Assembly: GCA_963778115.1 (NCBI GenBank)
Contig: CAVZSV010000005.1
Location: 160,001 to 224,000, forward strand
DNA length: 64,000 bases
Origin: an uncultured delta proteobacterium
GTDB lineage: Bacteria > Bdellovibrionota > FAC87 > UBA2466
Reading direction: 5' to 3'
A program made the position numbers and the translations under genes. Under the pieces are notes generated by a model that was not told where the DNA came from, did not search any database, and saw nothing but the letters and a program-made list of their open reading frames with translations. This document shows, piece after piece, positions 58,620 to 64,000 of the stretch (positions are counted from its first letter, which is position 1; each line of letters opens with the position of its first letter).

Positions 58620-60504
58620 GGCTTCTCCTTCCCGCGGCATTTTCGCTTAGAGCTGGGTCAAAGTTCTCCGAAACTTCCTCGCTTAGACGCTGCCAATTGG
58701 TTTCGACCTCGATGGTGGGAACTACAATCTCCCCGTCTCTGCGGCCGATACTCTCTCCAAAGTGAGAGGTGCAAGGGTTCACGATTAATGCCTCCACTCT
58801 TATAAGCTCGGAGGGTTCCAAATGGGAGTGATCCGAAAGGGGATGGGAGAGTCTGCCTCGGAGCCTGGCTAAGAAGGACTCTTTGGTTTCGGGAATGCCT
58901 GCTTTTAGGCCAAACGGGGAAAGTAAATCGCGACAGTGTTCTTTGATTCGTTGGGAAACAAGCGCGTCGTTTAAGCTTCCCATCCTTCCTTCTTCTAGGG
59001 AAACTTCGGTCTTGATAAACACGGTCACCGCAACGTTTGTGAATGGCTCCATCTTCCACTGGTAGTCGAGCGGGATCATTCGATTAAGTAGGGCTGCCAC
59101 TTTGTTGACGAGTTCTGTCGGAAGCGAATGGCTATCGGTGGGATTAGCCAGATGCACGTCGCTTAACAGATATACGGTGATCTCTTTGCTTTCGGCGTCG
59201 ACGGTAAGTTCCACGCGCTTGAGCGAGGGATCTACCCCTTCGATTTGACTCACCAGTTCAGACTTTAAGATGCCAGGTGAAGGCATTGGGTTAGCACTGA
59301 GAAACCGCATCGTTGCGTAGAAACGCTTTAGAAATTCCACTTTCGTTTCCCGTTTGAAAAAGGGGCTGATGGCCTGGATGGGAACAATCTTATCGATAAA
59401 AGCCGCCAAATCTCCGGTGCTTCCTTGAAAATCAGGGCTTAGCCAATCTAACGCGGGACTAAGATGAATGGTTTCTGCATAAAGGGTAACCCCACCCGTG
59501 TAATCCCCCATCAATAACGCACCTCCAGGTAGAATGAGCGAATGGCTTGTTGGGTTGTAGAAAAAAGCGTTTTGAAAGCGACTGGGATCCGTGTGTCTAA
59601 GTTTGAGCAGATCCATTTCAAGTCGGTTGAGAATAACCGAGTGGTCGTCGGGATATTGCAATTGGATTTGGCTCGGAGTGCCAAGGACTCTGTCGTCCAA
59701 AGGGATCTCTTCCCAGGGCTCTCCTTTAAGCGTCGCTAAGCAGCGATCGGTTTCGACTTCAAAAAGGTGAAAGGGGAACAAGTTGGTATAGAAGCTTCCT
59801 GAAGGAGATCGGTCATCGAAGATAAATTTTAAAGAAAGATCCGCCGTTCCCGCTCCGAAGCTAAGAAGACCGCTTGCTTTGCCCGGTTTTATGACGATCT
59901 CGCCGGGACTCGTAAATTCTTTGGTGTAGTCGGTCAGAGAAAGCTCTTCTTGGAAAAAGGTTTCTACTTTCCTGGTTGAGCCGTGAGAAATAGTAAGAAT
60001 GACCTCCTTTAATTTTACCGGCTGGTGATTCGATGCATTCGGCTGCAAAGCGGGGAGGAAAGTAATGGCTATCTCTTTACAAGGCGCTTTGATCGCAGCC
60101 TTCATTTCGACTGTCTGACCTTGAGAGCTAAAGCGTACGTCGTGAAAAGGCGCTAATCGAATCGACGCCACCGGAGCGATTTGACAAGTTCCTTTTTCCC
60201 CCTGGAACCGAAACGTATTTTCGGGCCCCAAGGTTTTAGGCTCGCTGAGTCCCGCATTAGGTTTTAACTGAAACCATCCCACCGGGGCCTTCGCACTTTT
60301 GGCGGAGAAGTTCATTAATGAGGGTAGGGTGTCTAGCACCGTATCGACGAAGCGGGTCTGACGCCGCTCGATTTCCGCGAGAGAGCAACTGAGCCCTTCC
60401 GAAAATACCTTTACCGGATCCATGGGTGAGGCTGAGTCCCAACCGGGAAAGTGCTTGCGGAAGGAATCATTTAGAATCTGTTGGTATCTATTTTCTAGTT
60501 TCAT
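58612..60504 (-). CDS. Baseplate J-like (Afp11-like) protein, highly divergent
   Basis: N-terminal FPGWDSASPMDPVKVFSE resembles PEWTDxNxSDPGxxLxE; position after gp25. Confidence 0.6.
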   Translation of the reverse strand: MKLENRYQQILNDSFRKHFPGWDSASPMDPVKVFSEGLSCSLAEIERRQTRFVDTVLDTLPSLMNFSAKSAKAPVGWFQLKPNAGLSEPKTLGPENTFRFQGEKGTCQIAPVASIRLAPFHDVRFSSQGQTVEMKAAIKAPCKEIAITFLPALQPNASNHQPVKLKEVILTISHGSTRKVETFFQEELSLTDYTKEFTSPGEIVIKPGKASGLLSFGAGTADLSLKFIFDDRSPSGSFYTNLFPFHLFEVETDRCLATLKGEPWEEIPLDDRVLGTPSQIQLQYPDDHSVILNRLEMDLLKLRHTDPSRFQNAFFYNPTSHSLILPGGALLMGDYTGGVTLYAETIHLSPALDWLSPDFQGSTGDLAAFIDKIVPIQAISPFFKRETKVEFLKRFYATMRFLSANPMPSPGILKSELVSQIEGVDPSLKRVELTVDAESKEITVYLLSDVHLANPTDSHSLPTELVNKVAALLNRMIPLDYQWKMEPFTNVAVTVFIKTEVSLEEGRMGSLNDALVSQRIKEHCRDLLSPFGLKAGIPETKESFLARLRGRLSHPLSDHSHLEPSELIRVEALIVNPCTSHFGESIGRRDGEIVVPTIEVETNWQRLSEEVSENFDPALSENAAGRRSHG

Positions 60505-60513
60505 AAGATATCC

Positions 60514-60900
60514 TTAGGGAGCCAAAGCCAGACGAAGCTGGTCCTGTTTTTGTGTCTCTCGTATTTGGTATTTCAAAAAGATCTGCAGTTGGCTGCGATC
60601 GGTGGCTGAGGCAGTGACATCCACGTCAAGCTGGTTAACGCGAGGCTCTGCCGATTCTATCGCCGCGCGAACCTGGTCTCGGATTTCACTTTTGGTGGAC
60701 ATGGTAAGGGGGCGAAACAGCAGGTCGCGCAACCGGCTTCCCACAGTGGGGTAGAGCGGTCGCTCTCCCCGGGTGGTCAAAATCGCGGCCCTTAGACAAT
60801 ATTTAACGTGTTCTTCCAAGGAGCAACGGCAAAGGGTGGAGGTAAAATCTCCCGTCGAAGGGGTTAAAATCTGATAGGTGATTTTGGTTCTATTTTCCAT
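60514..60900 (-). CDS. gp25/GPW-family baseplate protein (Afp9-like)
   Basis: ILTTRGERPLYPTVGSRLRDLLF..AIESAEPRV. Confidence 0.9.
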   Translation of the reverse strand: MENRTKITYQILTPSTGDFTSTLCRCSLEEHVKYCLRAAILTTRGERPLYPTVGSRLRDLLFRPLTMSTKSEIRDQVRAAIESAEPRVNQLDVDVTASATDRSQLQIFLKYQIRETQKQDQLRLALAP

Positions 60901-61324
60901 GTTCGTATTCTCCCGAGGAGACAAGACTCAGATCTATGGAGAGGCTGGTGGCTTCGCCGTGGTCATCGAAACGGGTGGTGAGGACACTGACCGAAGAGGG
61001 GTAACCCAGGAACCGAAACGAGCCCATGGTGAATTCCAATTGAGGGATGGATTTTTTGTCTTCGTCTACTTTATTTAAGCTGCGCAAGAAGCCGTGAACC
61101 GTTTTGATACTGCAATCCTTGTCGGCATCTCTATCAAATCTTAAGTTGAAAGACAGTTGTGATGCCCCTCCGCTTTTAAAGGCTACCATCGGCGCATGTT
61201 GACCCAGACAAGGTTCGACATGGTAATCGAAATGACGAGTGAGCCTAAAGTCGGTGGGGTTGAGCGAAAAGTTAAGTGCCTCTCCCGAATCCTTATTGAC
61301 TAATTTTCCTTTGGCGGTCTGCAT
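60890..61324 (-). CDS. CIS tube-initiator protein (Afp7-like), no LysM domain
   Basis: FSLNPTDFRL...AFKSGGASQLSFNLRFD...TRFDDHG pattern. Confidence 0.75.
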   Translation of the reverse strand: MQTAKGKLVNKDSGEALNFSLNPTDFRLTRHFDYHVEPCLGQHAPMVAFKSGGASQLSFNLRFDRDADKDCSIKTVHGFLRSLNKVDEDKKSIPQLEFTMGSFRFLGYPSSVSVLTTRFDDHGEATSLSIDLSLVSSGEYEHGK

Positions 61325-61335
61325 AGAACTCCTTA

Positions 61336-61800
61336 CTACTTTTTCCTCTCGATTCCTTCATGCGCGAAACTTACGTATTCGACGGCAACGGTGGTGGCGT
61401 CACGGCTTAATAGGGGCGCATTCCATCGACAGGGCCATGCATTAATCACTCTCCATTCCGTCAATTTCTTGCCTTCTCGGTCGGTAATGGTGATAGAGAG
61501 GGTCTTTTTTTGTAGCGGCTTTGAGGAATCGCAAACGTCGAGATACCAGTCAAAAATAGTCTTTCCCGAGTCGCCACTTGAGGTTCCTTGACCAAACGAA
61601 AGCCGATGCACTCGCTGAGCTCCCCGTGCCGTCTTGGGAGCCCCAAGCAATCCCCCTTCTGAAAAATAGAGGACTTCGATTTCGGACTCTAGTCCTTCAC
61701 AGCTTTTGAAGACCATGTCTTTAAGTTCGGGAATGACCACTTTAAATTGTGTGGTGAGTCCGTCTTGTTCGTTTGCGCTATTTGTGTTGTCGTAAGCCAT
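61336..61800 (-). CDS. Phage tail tube protein (T4 gp19-like, Afp1/5-like), copy 2
   Basis: FKSCEGLESEIEV, WRVINAWPCRWNAP, VAVEYVSFAHEG. Confidence 0.88.
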   Translation of the reverse strand: MAYDNTNSANEQDGLTTQFKVVIPELKDMVFKSCEGLESEIEVLYFSEGGLLGAPKTARGAQRVHRLSFGQGTSSGDSGKTIFDWYLDVCDSSKPLQKKTLSITITDREGKKLTEWRVINAWPCRWNAPLLSRDATTVAVEYVSFAHEGIERKK

Positions 61801-61820
61801 ATAGAAAGTTCCTTCGAATC

Positions 61821-62948
61821 TTATCCAGTGAGCCCCAAAGAGACCGACATTTGATCGACCGCGTAAGGAATACAAAACGTGACATCGACTTGAAGGATGT
61901 CCTCAGTTCCTTTGGGTACAATGGCTATCTGAGTCTGGAACGGCTGTTTTGCATTCGGGTCAAAAATTTTCACAAGAGGTTGGAAAGCCGATTGTAAAGC
62001 GACGTCTACTAGGTCGGCTAACCCGTCTTGCATCGGTTCTAACACAAAAGGTTCGCATATTTGATGAATCGCCTCTCGTAATGCCAAGACGGTTCTGCGA
62101 GTCGATACAAAACGATTGTCGAGATCAACAGACTCGGCCAGAGTCCTTCCGCCCCAAACCCTACAATCTCCTGTTCCAAACTGGTGAAAAAGGTTCACCC
62201 TCATCTCAAGAAGCGGGTGAAGCGTGGCCGGGCGAAATCTTCGCACGGGCTGATAGCCCTCGTTTAAGGGGCGGTTTGCCGGAATCTCGTTGATGCCGTA
62301 GGCCGCGTCGCTGACTTGAAAAGCTGCTGCGGCGACTATTGCCGGAGGTGTCAATCGACTCGCTCCCCTCAGCCAGGGAAAATAGGCAGCCGCATTAGGG
62401 CAGTAAATTCCCTTTAGCCAGGACTCCACCAACGTTTCATCGGCCTGTTTCGGAAAATCGGTGAGCATAAAAAAATGGTTTAAAGGGGAGATGATATCGA
62501 AGAGCGAAACGTGAAAGGCCTTATGTTCTTCGAAACCAAGAATCTGGCTTGCTTGAGGAACCACGACCAGATCGGCCACTTCAGAAAAATTCTTGATTGC
62601 ATGGATCCCTGTTCGCGAATGCAATCCCCGATCGCTGCCTAGTAGTGACGACAATCGGTGGTTGGGATCGAAAGGAAGGGCGATGACATAGGCATGGCTT
62701 GCGCCCATTTCGAAGAAAGGGAACAGTAAAGCCCACGCTTCTTTGTCAAAAAGGCAGGTACTGGCTAAGATTTGGGTTTCAATGTCTTCCATGGAATGAA
62801 GCTCTTGGGAAAACGGATGGGAAATCCCTTGCAGGAAAAGAGGAACCACGGGGACTCCAGTCCGATGGCGAAGCAAACCAATGCGGGAAGTGTGCCTTCC
62901 CGAGGTCTGATTCTCTATCGACAGGTTGTAAATGCCCCGTGGTTCCAT
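61821..62948 (-). CDS. Contractile tail sheath protein, divergent second copy
   Basis: TGIHAI, NAAAYFPWL, PANRPL, RVWGGRTL, FVSTRR, FVLEP. Confidence 0.78.
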   Translation of the reverse strand: MEPRGIYNLSIENQTSGRHTSRIGLLRHRTGVPVVPLFLQGISHPFSQELHSMEDIETQILASTCLFDKEAWALLFPFFEMGASHAYVIALPFDPNHRLSSLLGSDRGLHSRTGIHAIKNFSEVADLVVVPQASQILGFEEHKAFHVSLFDIISPLNHFFMLTDFPKQADETLVESWLKGIYCPNAAAYFPWLRGASRLTPPAIVAAAAFQVSDAAYGINEIPANRPLNEGYQPVRRFRPATLHPLLEMRVNLFHQFGTGDCRVWGGRTLAESVDLDNRFVSTRRTVLALREAIHQICEPFVLEPMQDGLADLVDVALQSAFQPLVKIFDPNAKQPFQTQIAIVPKGTEDILQVDVTFCIPYAVDQMSVSLGLTG

Positions 62949-62968
62949 GATCCGATACCCTTTCCTAC

Positions 62969-63406
62969 TTAAGCGAGTTCAACATCAGAGACACTAAGAG
63001 TAATCTCCTCACGAAGGATCTCATTTCCGTTAGCGTCCTTGCTGAGGGTGGGCCCGCTCCATCCCTTGGGCCATGCGCCGAAGAAGTTAAAGCGGATGAC
63101 CTCTTTTCCTTCATCGTCAGTAAGGATGATGGATCCTGATTTACGGACCTGTTTTCCGCCTTTGATCTCTTTCATCCAAGAATAGAGCTCTTTGTCTTTC
63201 TTGAATCGCCGAGAAAGCGAAATGTCCCTAGCGTTAAATCGGCCAGGACGATTCAACATTTGGTTTTTGCCTTCGTGATAAGCGATGTCTTCCATATCGA
63301 TTCCGATACCAGACACCGTGTCGTAGGAACCCCACTGATGACCATCGATGGTCACTTTGAAGCTCGATACGTTAAGGTACTCTTCACCTGCGGTAGCTGT
63401 TGCCAT
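62969..63406 (-). CDS. Phage tail tube protein (T4 gp19-like, Afp1/5-like), copy 1
   Basis: FKVTIDG, PGR..DISLSR, RKSGSIIL, FFGAWPKGWSGPTL. Confidence 0.92.
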   Translation of the reverse strand: MATATAGEEYLNVSSFKVTIDGHQWGSYDTVSGIGIDMEDIAYHEGKNQMLNRPGRFNARDISLSRRFKKDKELYSWMKEIKGGKQVRKSGSIILTDDEGKEVIRFNFFGAWPKGWSGPTLSKDANGNEILREEITLSVSDVELA

Positions 63407-63459
63407 AATTGGACTCCTTTAAAAAAGGGAGTGGTCACTATTGACCAACTTCCCGGGGG

Positions 63460-64000
63460 TTATTCGGCGTTCGCCTCATCGCGTTCTATTTTCTGCTGGA
63501 TATTGATCTGCACGAACTCCGCCGGCTTTACCGGGGCGATGCCGATCTCAATCGTTACAATCCCTAGATCAAGGTTCTCTTTGGGATTGGTCTGTTCGTT
63601 ACAACGAACGTAAAAGGCCTCTTCCGGGGTTTTCCCCATCAAAGCTCCGTTGTTGTAGAGCGTCTTGAGGTAAGCGCGGATATTTCTTTCCACGTTTCCC
63701 CAAAGTTCTTGATCGTTGGGTTCAAAAACCACCCACTCGGTTCCCTTGGTGACGCTTTGTTTCACCACTTGGAAAAGTCGTCTGACGTTTACGTATTTCC
63801 ATTCGCTATCGGCCGAGAGCGTACGGGCTCCGTAAATGCGAATTCCCATGTCATCTAAATCACGAATGACGTTGATGCCGCGAGGATTGAGCAAAGCCTG
63901 TTCGTTTCGCGTTAGCGTATACTTAAGCCCCAGGGCTCCGCGAAGAACTTCGTTAGCAGGAGCCTTATGAACTCCGCGTTCCGTATCGACACGAGCAATG
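63460..64000 (-). CDS. Contractile tail sheath protein (Afp2/3/4-like), C-terminal part; begins beyond the window end
   Basis: The frame is open to 64000: ARVDTERGVHKAPANE..EQALLNPRGINVIR, GARTL, WKYVNVRRLF, WVVFEPND, APVKPAEF. Confidence 0.95.
   Translation of the reverse strand, partial: IARVDTERGVHKAPANEVLRGALGLKYTLTRNEQALLNPRGINVIRDLDDMGIRIYGARTLSADSEWKYVNVRRLFQVVKQSVTKGTEWVVFEPNDQELWGNVERNIRAYLKTLYNNGALMGKTPEEAFYVRCNEQTNPKENLDLGIVTIEIGIAPVKPAEFVQINIQQKIERDEANAE

Noticed and set aside
54856..64000. Prophage tail region or T6SS
   Set aside because: No capsid, portal, terminase, integrase or lysis genes in view, and no TssB/TssC split sheath or TssJLM membrane complex. The sheath and tube motifs are eCIS-type. 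The caveat is that the locus continues past the window.

Overview
Gene-dense bacterial chromosome segment. Gene content and arrangement suggest a Bdellovibrionota or delta-proteobacterium-like organism (inference). From left to right: a BMP-family nucleoside/sugar ABC transporter; an Mla/MCE system with duplicated MlaF and MlaE; a HAMP histidine kinase; miaE coupled to a GT2-like gene; PilZ-like and delta-60 repeat proteins; a Yej-like peptide ABC transporter; and a sigma54-preceded flagellar export operon (fliLMNOPQR-flhBAFG-fliA) followed by xerD. Next comes a complete IS4-family (IS50-like) element, with 19-bp ends and a 9-bp target duplication, inserted into one of two ~86-bp nested palindromes that bracket an orphan gene. 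Then ppiD-like, mreCD-mrdA-rodA (no mreB), icmF, rnd, an RlmI-like methyltransferase, a MoeB-rhodanese fusion and a sigma54 activator with no sensory domain. The most interesting region is the last ~9 kb: the distal part of a divergent extracellular contractile injection system (eCIS)-like operon (two sheaths, two tubes, tube initiator, gp25, baseplate, hub). A translationally coupled DUF1257 (Ycf35) + DUF2997 + 48-aa microprotein + PflX-like radical SAM module is embedded in it, and a pentapeptide-repeat protein follows a spike-less hub gene. Two apparent 1-bp frameshifts suggest assembly errors. No rRNA, tRNA or CRISPR array was recognised. All family assignments come from motif recognition by eye, not from database searches.
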